A DNA stretch of 20,000 bases from Halocafeteria seosinensis. Its lineage: Eukaryota. The DNA lies in the NCBI GenBank assembly GCA_001687465.1, contig LVLI01000277.1, positions 59,702 through 79,701 on the forward strand, written 5' to 3'. The notes below the pieces were generated by a model, which did not search any database, was not told where the DNA came from, and was given only the letters and a program-made list of their open reading frames with translations. The translations under genes were made by a program, and so were the position numbers. Below, piece by piece: positions 1 through 9,814 of the stretch; position 1 is the stretch's first letter; every line of letters starts with the position of its first letter.

Positions 1-292
1 GGTTGTTGCCTGAACGGTGTAACCCTAAGCCTAAAACCACCAATGTCTCAAGAATATCCTCCGTCTCCGAAATGACTCCATCGATCGCACTGACGATGGT
101 AATCGACCGTCGTTCCTACAGAACATATCGATTGTGATACAGGCAGTGGCTTCCGAATGCACAGCACTTAGTTTTGGCTTTAGGCATATCTTCTCCGTCC
201 TCGCATAGCGCCACACAGGACCACAATATAATATTGTTGTCACGAATAACGCCAGGCTACTTGATAATAAACCAGAATCTGTCTTCTACAAC

Positions 293-1050
293 TCAAGGAG
301 TAATGGATCGACTGAACTTGGAGGCGCTGCCGACAGCGCTGGTTCCCACTTCATCAGACCTTGAGCGTTTGGTACCACTATTCGGGACGGGACTGGATGC
401 ATCAGATTGTGAACTTAACTCGCGTTTTGATATATTGGGATGCTCGCGAAACTTCTTCGTGAACCTGGAGAAACAATGCGGGTGTAGGATGATAGCACCA
501 CCAAGCTATAGAAATAGACCACACGTATAAACTTACTCTCCTTTCCTTGTTATCCTGCCACCTTTCCCAAGATACAACCAGGCACAGTTCTGATAAGCCT
601 TTGTCATTCCACCCTTCATGTCGTATATGTTGCCGCTCTTTAAATCATCCCCTGGACCTCCAGCGTCTTTCCCAAAAACTGTGAGCCAACACGAAGCAGT
701 TTCGTCAGCTACCAAGAACGTATGAAGAGTCCGACCATCCTTGGTTCTCGAGATTTCTGGATCTGCGAAACGCAGTAGCCCCCAGGCTGTGCTTAAACGA
801 TGAATTCCAGTGCTCGACTATGACACCACATACGTTTTTCCAGTACTATAAAGTTCAGAGCCACACTCAATGTATCCGGTTTGAGGTCGAAAATTCTCAT
901 ATACCCTTGGCTCTGGACGTCACTCTGCTGGGGGCGCTGTTCAGCCGATGCATTCGGGTGGGGAATGGACAATTGAGCTGCGAGGGTGTTATGCGAGCCA
1001 CCATTGCTCTTTTGGGATGAGGAGGATACCGCCTGCATATCAGATGCCAT
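293..1050 (-). CDS. NABP: SOSS complex subunit B / NABP (hSSB1-like) OB-fold ssDNA-binding protein; 3 exons (1050-834, 762-537, 464-293), 204 aa
   Basis: The spliced translation IFDLKPDTLSVALNFIVLEK-HPEISRTKDGRTLHTFLVADETASCWLTVFG...LYLGKGGRITRKG-EFTKKFREHPNIS follows the SOSS-B OB fold (human VKDIKPGLKNLNLIFIVLE..TKDG..VADKTG..LYTGRGG..KIGEF). Introns 833-763 (GTATGT..CAG, 71 nt) and 536-465 (GTAAGT..CAG, 72 nt) keep the frame. Stop TGA at 295-293. Confidence 0.9.
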
Positions 1051-1362
1051 GGTTTGGATTACGAGCAGAACAAGAGGCTCTCAGGGACAATTCCAGAGAG
1101 TGAGGGGTGAATGAACAACTTCAATCAGGATACATGTCCGCCACGCGCACTGCGGCGCACACTTCTGGGAGCGTGCCTTGGCCCTTCTGGAAGCGTGCCT
1201 GGGCCCTTGGGCAGCACTGTAGGCAGTGTATACGATGAATGCTACTGGGTTGATTACGAAAAAAAGTTTCAGCTTTACACTTGTCGAATAGATTGGGCTT
1301 GTGTCTGGAGTGATAAAGATACCCATTTTTGTTGTGTCGAACACGATTTGCAAAGGAAGAAG

Positions 1363-2137
1363 ATGGCTCTCTCGAATGCATTGGGGCAATTGTTCCGTCT
1401 TTCGGGGCAAAATGCACGCACTGCTGGATCACAGCAAGTGGCTGCATTGAGCAACGCTGTGACTAAATTTGAACTGCCGGATATGCCCTACGATTATGGG
1501 GCCTTGGAACCCCATATCTCGGGTGAAATTATGGAGCTTCATCACGACAGGCATCATCGCACTTACGTCAACAATCTCAATGCCGCGCTGGACCAATACG
1601 AAACTGCTGAAAAACAAGGGGATCTTTCGAAAATGATCGAGCTCCAGAATGCTATCAAGTTTAATGGCGGTGGCCACCTCAACCATTCCATCTTCTGGCA
1701 AAATCTCTCTCCCAATGGTGGCGGTGAACCCAAGGGAGACCTGGCTAAACGAATCAATCAGCAATGGGGTAGCTTTGAGGTATGTATTTCATATACATGC
1801 TCATACGTTTGGGTAGCTTCAACCGCTTAACACAAGAATGATGTGTTATTCTGCGCAGACCTTCAAGAACGAGTTTAACACGAAGTCCACTTCTGTCCAA
1901 GGATCAGGGTGGTGCTGGCTTGGATACAACCAACAGAAAGATCGTCTTGAGATTGCTCAATGTCAGAACCAAGATCCTCTGGCTATGTATGGCTTGGTCC
2001 CCCTAATGGGTTTCGATATGTGGGAGCATGCGTTCTATCTTCAGTTCAAGAACAAGAAAGCTGAGTACGTCCAGCATTTGTGGAATGTAATCAACTTTGA
2101 CGACGTCGAACAGAGATTGCGAAACGCCCAATCCTAA
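1363..2137 (+). CDS. SOD2: Manganese superoxide dismutase, probably mitochondrial; 2 exons (1363-1779, 1859-2137), 231 aa
   Basis: Motifs [32 protein letters not shown] (Mn type), QGSGW, NQDP and DMWEHAFY. Intron 1780-1858 (GTATGT..GCAG, 79 nt) is in frame. The N-terminus [19 protein letters not shown] lacks acidic residues, like a mitochondrial presequence. Confidence 0.95.
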
Positions 2138-2919
2138 AACCGGTACTTTGGGCCCTTATTCCATAAACCAATATCACATTAAACTTCACCGGCTCCTTAT
2201 TAATGGAGTCCTTAATCTAGATCCTGCATGTCGGAATTGCCTGCTGATGTCATAACTGGTTCCTCGGCTTCACGACCGTCAATGTTTGCTATCGGCACAA
2301 AATTTGGTCGAAACTGGTGGGTATCCCAAGATCTGTAAAAAGAACACGGGTACACATGTTTCTCCTTGAAAGTGATGAGCGCCCTCGCCTATACCACTAC
2401 ACACCTCTCAGGTACATCTCTAGCTCGTTTGACAGCCGGTTTGAACGAGCCCACAAACAACACTAGTCCCACTATACCGAATATAAGGAAGAGACATGTC
2501 TCTATCCAGACCTGAAGCATGATCATAAATTAGCAAATACAAGAGCAAAAAAGTCACCCCAAAAAGCACTCACATCGCGGGGTAGAGGGACATCGTGTAC
2601 TCCGTATAATTCATCCACTAGATGCTGATCTGCAATACTCGCGAGTTCATATATTCCATATGGTAATGCTGCACATATATAGCGTCCTTATAACGTACAA
2701 TGTAGAGAACTGAAGAGTGTATGGAGGAGCAAAATACAGGAGACTCCTATGCAGAGGTGCCCCAGAGACTTCCGTCCACCTGCCATTCTATTATATCGAC
2801 TGTATTGTTGGTCTTAAAGTATTACCGGGACAACAACAACACACGTATACACAGATGTATGAGTTTGGAACACTTTTGCAATGGGATAAATTAACAAATC
2901 GAGTGTTTTCTGCCTGAGA

Positions 2920-3652
2920 ATGCCTCGCCATAGGAAGCACCATCGAGATGATGGCGATGACGATGAACGAGCTCATAAGCACAGTTCATCCTCCTCCAAG
3001 AAGAGATCCAGTCGCCATTCAAGCAAAAAGAAGAAAAGATCAAGATCGAAATCTGAATCTTCCTCGGACAGAAGCCGAAGTCCAAGCCATGAGAGATCCA
3101 AAAAGTCTTCCAGACGCGGAGAGGAGAATAAAAACAAGCAAAAGAAGAAATCGAAGAGCAGTCACAGTACAAGTAGATCTAGAAAAGAGCGATCGACAAT
3201 AGAGGGTGAAGGAGAAAGCTCAGAAGCGACTGCCCCTAAAGATGTTTCCCCGATAAGCAGAGATGATTACTTCCTCAAGAATCCAGAGTTCAGAGTCTGG
3301 CTAAAGAAGGCCAAGTAGGTACTACATAGGTTGGCACAAACACTGGCAACTTCATTAAACTAATATGGTGCACTGCAGGGACATTGTCTTTGACGATCTG
3401 GACGCAGCCGAAGCTCGAGAATACTTCCAAACATTTGTCGAGAAATGGAACACTGGAAAATTGCCTAACAGATACTACAGTGGATCCGTTGACGCTGCTT
3501 TTGAAAAGGAGAATCGTACACGACATCAGTGGAACTTTGCAAAAAAACTCACTGAAGATGAGAAGCTAAAGCTGGATTCTACAAAAGACAGTGTGTTCAG
3601 CTCCACGCGGCGTAGCGACGAACTGCAGAAAGCAGAGCTCGCGGGGGAATAG
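2920..3652 (+). CDS. SCI1-like (style cell-cycle inhibitor 1 family) nuclear protein with Lys/Arg/Ser-rich N-terminus; 2 exons (2920-3314, 3379-3652), 222 aa
   Basis: The spliced core ISRDDYFLKNPEFRVWLKKAK-DIVFDDLDAAEAREYFQTFVEKWNTGKLPNRYYSG..RTRHQWNF matches the SCI1-family pattern DDYF.KN.EF..WL...F.DL....AR..F..FV..WN.GKL...YY. Intron 3315-3378 (GTAGGT..TGCAG, 64 nt) restores the frame. Confidence 0.8.
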
Positions 3653-3698
3653 CCTTAAAGAGAAGATTTCCCTTGAAAGAAAATATAGCCTATGGTCC

Positions 3699-3700
<2 letters not shown>

Positions 3701-3760
<60 letters not shown>

Positions 3761-3770
3761 NNCACACATA
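3701..3770. repeat. Compound microsatellite (CA)24(TA)6 followed by NN (assembly gap or ambiguity)
   Basis: Read directly: CA repeat 3701-3748, TA repeat 3749-3760, nn 3761-3762, then cacacata. Confidence 0.97.
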
Positions 3771-4129
3771 TGTGACAGATGGTCCACCGGCCGGGGAGTT
3801 GAACGTCTCCTCTTAATGAGGAGCGGTATGCACCCGTGTTAAGCAGCGACGGGCCCGCTGTTTCTGCAGCCTTGCTGACATGCGCCGTGAGGGAACACAA
3901 CACTGGTTTTGCTCAGGAGGCATCGGAGGAGAAGCCATGCCTGCGCCAACGACGTCAGGGGTACCGTCAAGGCTCAGTCTGGAAGGAAAAGGCCCTGAGC
4001 CTGCCACAGGGACGCCAGGACCGGTTGCAGCAGCGCAGGCAGGATTAAGTGTTGGTCCAGACGCAACAGTTGTGACCAATGACAAGCCACCACCTGACGC
4101 GGGAGGTGGCTTCTGTCCACCCCAGTTTC

Positions 4130-4279
4130 GTCAACATAGCCCAGATTGAAGTACATCTCCTGCTCGAGGTCGAAGAAGGTGCGGCTTCCCAGGTCCTTCT
4201 GAAGCCACGAAACCGGTTCCCACGTCTGTGCTGCCTCTGGGTAGCCCTTCCAGTTAACTACCCGACTACCGGTACCCAC
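4130..4279 (-). mobile_element. Chromodomain relic, most likely from a chromovirus-type (Ty3/Gypsy) integrase C-terminus
   Basis: The minus-strand peptide VVNWKGYPEAAQTWEPVSWL matches the chromodomain core (YLVKWKGY....TWEP). It has no intact N-terminal half, no RT or integrase core and no paired LTRs. Confidence 0.45.
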
Positions 4280-4934
4280 ACTGAGGACAGAAATTCAGCT
4301 CTTATCGTTTGCACATCGACGAGAGACTATATGCAGTCATATCCTCATTATTATCCGTAAATCTGACGCACAGATCGCGGTACAAGTGTGCAATATCTAG
4401 TACGTTTACGCTGAACTTTTCTTTTCCATCGACCACGGTGTGAAGCTAAAGGAAGGTGGCGTCGTTCTGTTCCTGACAGGAACAAAATAGTTAGCATTCA
4501 ATCAATTCACGGAATTCGGCTCCCATTCTACTCCACCAAATTACTCCATACCTCATACTGCAATCGCATGTTGCATGAAACAGCATCTAGACTTTGTGAA
4601 GCTCGTTGTGAAGTAGCAATGGGATGTGAAAAGGGCGAGTCGCGATAGTGTGAGTTGATATAGTGATTGATTCACTAACTGAGACAATACCATGTTATCC
4701 CTTTAATGAACTGCATCATCAAGAAAGTGTACCACCTTGGAAGAGGGAAAGAGCTAACTTGCGAATACCTGATTCTGGATCTGTGAACTGGCTGTCATAT
4801 ACACCTGGTAGGTTCAGCTGCCGATAACAAATTGGAAGAAAACTCGCATCTAGCTGGCTCTTAAGAGTTCAACGTCTCAGGAGAGGAAGTCTCCACAGTG
4901 CAACTTTACAAACTAACTCTATTCCTATTCGATA

Positions 4935-5507
4935 ATGGCGATGCCAACGAGACGAAACTTGCAAGTGGTTCCCTTGGGCGAAGTTCCCAGGGAAATCTTA
5001 GAAGCTGTCGCAGAATTCATACCTGGAAAGATTTCGTACGTCACGAGCGCGACCATAGGCGACCGGAAGCTGATTCCCCGGAGCGCGTACAACAGCCGCA
5101 GGAAACAGTATAAATCCATAGAATTGCGCCACTTTTTGAAAGCCCTTCCTCGAAATGGAGACGAGGTCCTCGCACTCACAGGAGTTGATATTTACACGAA
5201 AGACTACGACTTCATATTCGGCCAGTCAGATTGTCCCGGAACAACGGCGGTTGTCTCCTACTATCGTCTGGAGGATGAAGCCGAAGAAGGAGACCATGAC
5301 ACTCTCGTGCAACGGATTAAGAATGTATGCCTCCATGAGACGGGGCATCTACATGGTCTGAAACATTGCCAATTTAGTGAATGCATCATGAAGTTCGCTG
5401 ATTGTCCGGAGGACGTTGATGACAAGACAACAGAGTTCTGCCCCAAATGCCAAGGGAAGCTGAGAGCTCGGGCGAGAGCGTCGATGAGGCGAGTGAATCG
5501 TAGATGA
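4935..5507 (+). CDS. amzA: Archaemetzincin (peptidase M54) zinc metalloprotease, compact AmzA type, intronless, 190 aa
   Basis: HETGHLHGLKH zinc motif (from 5334), then C-QFSE-C-I-M (Met-turn) and FCPKC (Cys4 zinc site). Upstream AYNSRRKQY, DIY..DYDFIFG and AVVSYYRL are typical of the family. Confidence 0.9.
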   Translation: MAMPTRRNLQVVPLGEVPREILEAVAEFIPGKISYVTSATIGDRKLIPRSAYNSRRKQYKSIELRHFLKALPRNGDEVLALTGVDIYTKDYDFIFGQSDCPGTTAVVSYYRLEDEAEEGDHDTLVQRIKNVCLHETGHLHGLKHCQFSECIMKFADCPEDVDDKTTEFCPKCQGKLRARARASMRRVNRR

Positions 5508-6570
5508 AAGGTGTAGTACCAGAAGAATGGAGTCTCGAACATTGGGAGAACCGATTCCAATGCTGTAGATTCTGCCAGAGCTACGCAAGGCGCTTTTGGT
5601 TTTTCAAGTTCACTTGCACAAGGAGGCTGAGAAATCCAGTTCTGGCTATTCTGGAACAGTCTCAGTCCACATTCCTCATGTCCCCACTTGTTCGTGACTA
5701 ACTTCGTGAGCACTGTCGTTCACTTGGCGTTGCCATGTCGCACATCGATCTACATCAAATAGCGCGCTCTACGAATGACACTGCTAGTTTTCTCGGGCTG
5801 ACAAGTCTAAGGGACACGTATTTCCCCCCGGCGTGAGCGTTTCCCATTTCGTCACCATTGTAAATACGCGGATATACGGTCAAATGTGAGCTCATAGTTG
5901 GACCAATAAGTCACTGAACTAGTTCAGCAACTTTAGGTTTAGGCTTCATCTTCATCTTGTATGTACTGTTTTCATCAGGAGACGGAGGACCGTGTACCCC
6001 AGATCAGGCTTCGAGAGCTCAGGAACTTACATTTACTGCACCCGCTGCAGAGCCGGATACGGGCATAGAAAATTTGCTGCGAGTCACTGACTACATGTAT
6101 GCTTCCGTAGGGGTTGGATATGTTCATTTTCACACTCGCGGCAAAGAAAAAATTGTCTTATTGAAGTTGTCCCCGCATAATGAAACCTTTATTGCTGAAG
6201 ATGACACTGTTGTTGAAAGATCCTCTCCGTCGACATAACGATAACAGGTGGAAATGCTGAACTATCGGTGAGCAACTGAAAAAAGTGAGTGAGAACCATC
6301 AAGGTAATGGGCATTAATTAACGAATGGATTCCGACCTGTGCGGGATCTTTCTGTTGTCGAAGAAATGTCCACACAGCGCAATGGGAAGCCATAACCCAC
6401 GTTTACAGGGCTAGACACCCTCCCATAGTGCTTGCTTTTGTAGCGGTGTCACTAACAAATTTACTCGCGTGTATGCGTATCCTCCAGGACAGGCTACCAC
6501 TCGGTCGCAAAGCCACAAGCACCTGAACCAGAAGCACGCGCCAGGCATTTCTTGACTTTGAACGAACAAT

Positions 6571-8556
6571 ATGCCAGGGCCACTTAAGAAAGATGGGACA
6601 CCCGACATGCGCTATGCTGCCAACCGCGGTGGAGGAGGAAGTGCCTCTCGAGGAAGTGGAGGAACTCCAAGAACAGGAGGAGGTGGTGGAGGAGCTGGGG
6701 GCGGCCGCATTCGGAATAACGGGAAGCCAGACATGAGATACAAAGCCAACTGGGAAGCTGCCGCTTCTAGAGCACCCCAGCCTTCATCGATGGCAAACCG
6801 CCCAACTGATTTCACGTCAATCCGACGAAAAGCGGACGGGACACCTGATAGGCGATACGCAGAGATTCGCGACGCCTCTGCTGGCCTTTGGGATCTTCTC
6901 TCGCCGACTAGGGATCCGTCTACTCATTCTCAATCCGGAAGCAAAACGAGAAAAGACGGCGAACCCGATATGCGATTTCGGGAAAACAAAGACGGCGCTG
7001 CTGGTTCCTCGTTTTCTCCAGCCAAAAACCCGGAAAGGCAGCCACCGAGGACGAAGAAGAACGGGGAACCAGATATGAGGTGCAAGGAGAACTGGAACGA
7101 TGCCCCTCCATCTCCGTGTGGTCCCAAAACGAAGAGTGGGACACCGGATATGCGATACAAGGAGAACTGGACCAACGCATCTGCGGCTCCGCCTGGTCCC
7201 AAAACGAAGAGTGGAAAACCGGATATGCGATACAAGGCTAATTGGCCCGGGCTCCGAAATTGCAAGGCTGGTGACCCGGAGGTACGCAAACGGAGGGCAA
7301 GAGTAGCAGCTGCCAACTTAGAAGAGAGCCCTCCTGAGGATCTACCCCGTAAGAAAAACGGCGCACCCGATATGCGCTTTAAAATTTGTAGAGATTACGT
7401 CAAGGAGCACCCGGAAGAACTTCCTGCCAATCGAGGGCAGCAGTACTGGGAGGAACGTCTTCAGGACGAGCATTTCTGGGACGCTGTAAGCCAACTGGTC
7501 CAAGAGGAGTCCTTTGGGTTCTTGGATCGGTTTGACGACAAAGATGATCGGGAGTCAACTGAGACTGAGGAGGAAGAGGGCGACCACCGGGAGAAAGTGG
7601 AGACGGGCGCAGGAGAATCGCAGCCGTTCGATCGTTTGAGTATTCCGGAGTACTCGAAAGCCTATATAGAAAAGATGGTAGAAGACGGAGAACTAGTAGG
7701 TCAGGGTGGTTTTGGTCAAGTATTCAGATGCTGCACCGGTGGACGAGAATGTGCCGTAAAGTTACTGAGCGATGTAACTTTGAACAAACCAGCAAAACGG
7801 AAGTTTCTTGGAGAGCTCCGGACCATGGAAAAACTGAGAAGCTGCAAACAAGTTGTCGATGTCATCGCGTATTGTACTGATCCCGTCGCAATCGTCATGG
7901 AATACTTACCTCTTGGTAGCATGGCATATGTGCTTTACGACGACGAGGATCCTGAACATGAAGCCCATCTGGCTTTGGGGTCGTGTAGACACCGAATAGC
8001 CCTTGATGTTGCGCTAGGGATGCAAGAGCTCCACCGTCAGAAGATAGTTCACCTCGACTTGAAGCCTGAAAATGTATTGATTACTGGTGGATACGGGGCA
8101 AAAGTATCAGACTTTGGCACTGCTTACCTACGCGGCCGCACGACCACCCAATCCAATGCTACGCGAGAGGCTAACCATGACAACTTATACATTGGGACCC
8201 TAGCGTACATGGCGCCAGAGCGCTGGGATCCAAAAGGTATATTGGAGATGTCAAAGTCCTTTGAGGCACTGTCTAAAGCGGACTCCTATAGTTTCGGTAT
8301 CCTCCTGAATGAACTTCTGGTCGAAGAGGAACCATTCAGCTCCCTCATGGCGACTGGGTGTGACGTAGAGACTTTGAAAGATGTTGTGGGCAAGGGCGAG
8401 CGCCCTGAGATGTCGGGCAATTTACCTCTTCATCTGAAAGAGCTAATCCAGGACTGTTGGAACGGTGACCCAAAAGCCCGTCCAAGTTTCGAGCAAATTG
8501 TTTCCAGGCTAAAGAAGCCTCACTTGTTTCCCAATTTTATTAATATCGATGCGTAG
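6571..8556 (+). CDS. Protein kinase (TKL group, RIPK-like, non-RD) with an N-terminal basic repeat region, intronless, 661 aa
   Basis: Complete kinase domain ~7693-8513: GQGGFGQV, AVK, alphaC Glu (GELRTM), HLDLKPEN, DFG, GTLAYMAPE, DSYSFG, CW..DPKARPSF. The N-terminal ~270 aa carry repeats, followed by an acidic linker. Confidence 0.92.
   Translation: MPGPLKKDGTPDMRYAANRGGGGSASRGSGGTPRTGGGGGGAGGGRIRNNGKPDMRYKANWEAAASRAPQPSSMANRPTDFTSIRRKADGTPDRRYAEIRDASAGLWDLLSPTRDPSTHSQSGSKTRKDGEPDMRFRENKDGAAGSSFSPAKNPERQPPRTKKNGEPDMRCKENWNDAPPSPCGPKTKSGTPDMRYKENWTNASAAPPGPKTKSGKPDMRYKANWPGLRNCKAGDPEVRKRRARVAAANLEESPPEDLPRKKNGAPDMRFKICRDYVKEHPEELPANRGQQYWEERLQDEHFWDAVSQLVQEESFGFLDRFDDKDDRESTETEEEEGDHREKVETGAGESQPFDRLSIPEYSKAYIEKMVEDGELVGQGGFGQVFRCCTGGRECAVKLLSDVTLNKPAKRKFLGELRTMEKLRSCKQVVDVIAYCTDPVAIVMEYLPLGSMAYVLYDDEDPEHEAHLALGSCRHRIALDVALGMQELHRQKIVHLDLKPENVLITGGYGAKVSDFGTAYLRGRTTTQSNATREANHDNLYIGTLAYMAPERWDPKGILEMSKSFEALSKADSYSFGILLNELLVEEEPFSSLMATGCDVETLKDVVGKGERPEMSGNLPLHLKELIQDCWNGDPKARPSFEQIVSRLKKPHLFPNFINIDA
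6586..7389 (+). repeat. Eight copies (plus one degenerate) of the peptide motif [KRT]-[KNA]-[DNS]-G-x-P-D-[MR]-R-[YFC] in the kinase N-terminus
   Basis: KKDGTPDMRY, RNNGKPDMRY, KADGTPDRRY, RKDGEPDMRF, KKNGEPDMRC, TKSGTPDMRY, TKSGKPDMRY, KKNGAPDMRF; degenerate CKAGDPEVRK. Two copies are near-identical DNA at 75-bp spacing (7120 and 7195). Confidence 0.92.
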
Positions 8557-9814
8557 TAAGGTAATTCCAATTCCTCCGTACATAATGTATTGTACGCTGA
8601 TGCTCATGTAATACGCACTTGCGCGTTGTCGAAGCAAAAACTATCGGACAACTAAAATAATACACTTTTTGGAATTCCAGAATTCAGACAGTGTCCATTG
8701 TGATTCCATGTAGCTACTGTACTATCCCACAACCTGCCACATGGAACTGTGTCAAACTCACATCCAACGCATATCAGGAATTGTGGGGCTGTGTCATTTT
8801 GTTCTGCCGTCTATGTTACGGTATGCTAAGAAATCGTAAGCCTCTCCAGCTCCACTTCACTTGCAAGTCTCTCAACTTCCTGGCTTCACTACGTCGTCCC
8901 TTTGTGGAGTTGAATGTCCACCCGAAATATATGCTTCAACTACAAGGACATAAAGCATATTGAATGATTCATATTCCTATCTCGTCCTGGGATGCCATAA
9001 GTAGTCTGGACGCGGGGTGATGCTGCTGGACCACTACCAGTACAGTGTTAATCCCTAAAAAGAAACGCTAACTGTTTCCATCGTCTTTTGGTGTTGTTTT
9101 GTGGTCATGCAACTGTCGATACTCGTAGTATGCTGGGTGATGCCGGTTTAGCAATCTGGACTTGGTTTTCGGTATTGGATGGCGGCTGTACTACCACATT
9201 CTGGTCGAGCTCTGCAAGGGAACTGAAAGTTAATTGATGCCAGCATGTGCATGAATGAAAAACTCTGTGTACGTCTAACACTAGGTTTCTCGATATGTGG
9301 TTCCTTATTTGCTAGCATACGGGTCTTGCAGGGATGAACTTGTCAACGATGGTGGAGTCGCGGGCATCTCCGACTTTGAGAGCGAAATCAAATGACGCAT
9401 TATTTTGCCTCTACAGCCTACAAATGCTCAATTATTTTCTCTCCTAGGAATTCAAGGTGGCTTATTCTATATTTGCCAAACAACAAGTGCTGTGGCGAGA
9501 GGATCCCGAGTTCAGGTGACATGGAAGCCGAAGGGTGCGTTCGGAAGCCATCGTACCATGCGTTTGTACCGCATCGTTCGTCGTTTGAAGACTACGGGTT
9601 CCAGCTGGTTAATTTCGTAGTGGCTAGCGCTATTTTACTGCTGTCCTACTTCTCATGGCTGTTGAAACCTACGGCAATGCATGATCGTGGCCAGGATTCC
9701 GAAGCAGTCATCCGAATTAGTGAGTGTTTCCGGACTACCAAGGTACCAGGGTTCAACCGTATAGGCCTACTCAACAAAACCCAGAGGTATTCCGTCAGGG
9801 TTGTGACATAGTAA

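Noticed and set aside
21..38. AACCCTAAGCCTAAAACC, and TTTAGGTTTAGG near 5932, as telomeric repeats
   Set aside because: Only about two degenerate units each; expected by chance.
1111..1362. 84-codon N-terminal extension of the SOD ORF
   Set aside because: It has no SOD similarity and occupies the divergent promoter region. The ATG at 1363 gives a normal presequence-like start.
2014..2046. WEHAFY instead of WEHAYY in MnSOD
   Set aside because: A known natural variant; the metal ligands are intact.
2354..2503. ACATGTTTCTC (matches the array motif core) and the 14-bp palindrome AGAGACATGTCTCT
   Set aside because: Short, isolated matches with no supporting context.
5957..6238. 93-aa ORF between the protease and the kinase
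   Set aside because: Non-ATG start, no recognisable motif and no clear splice structure.
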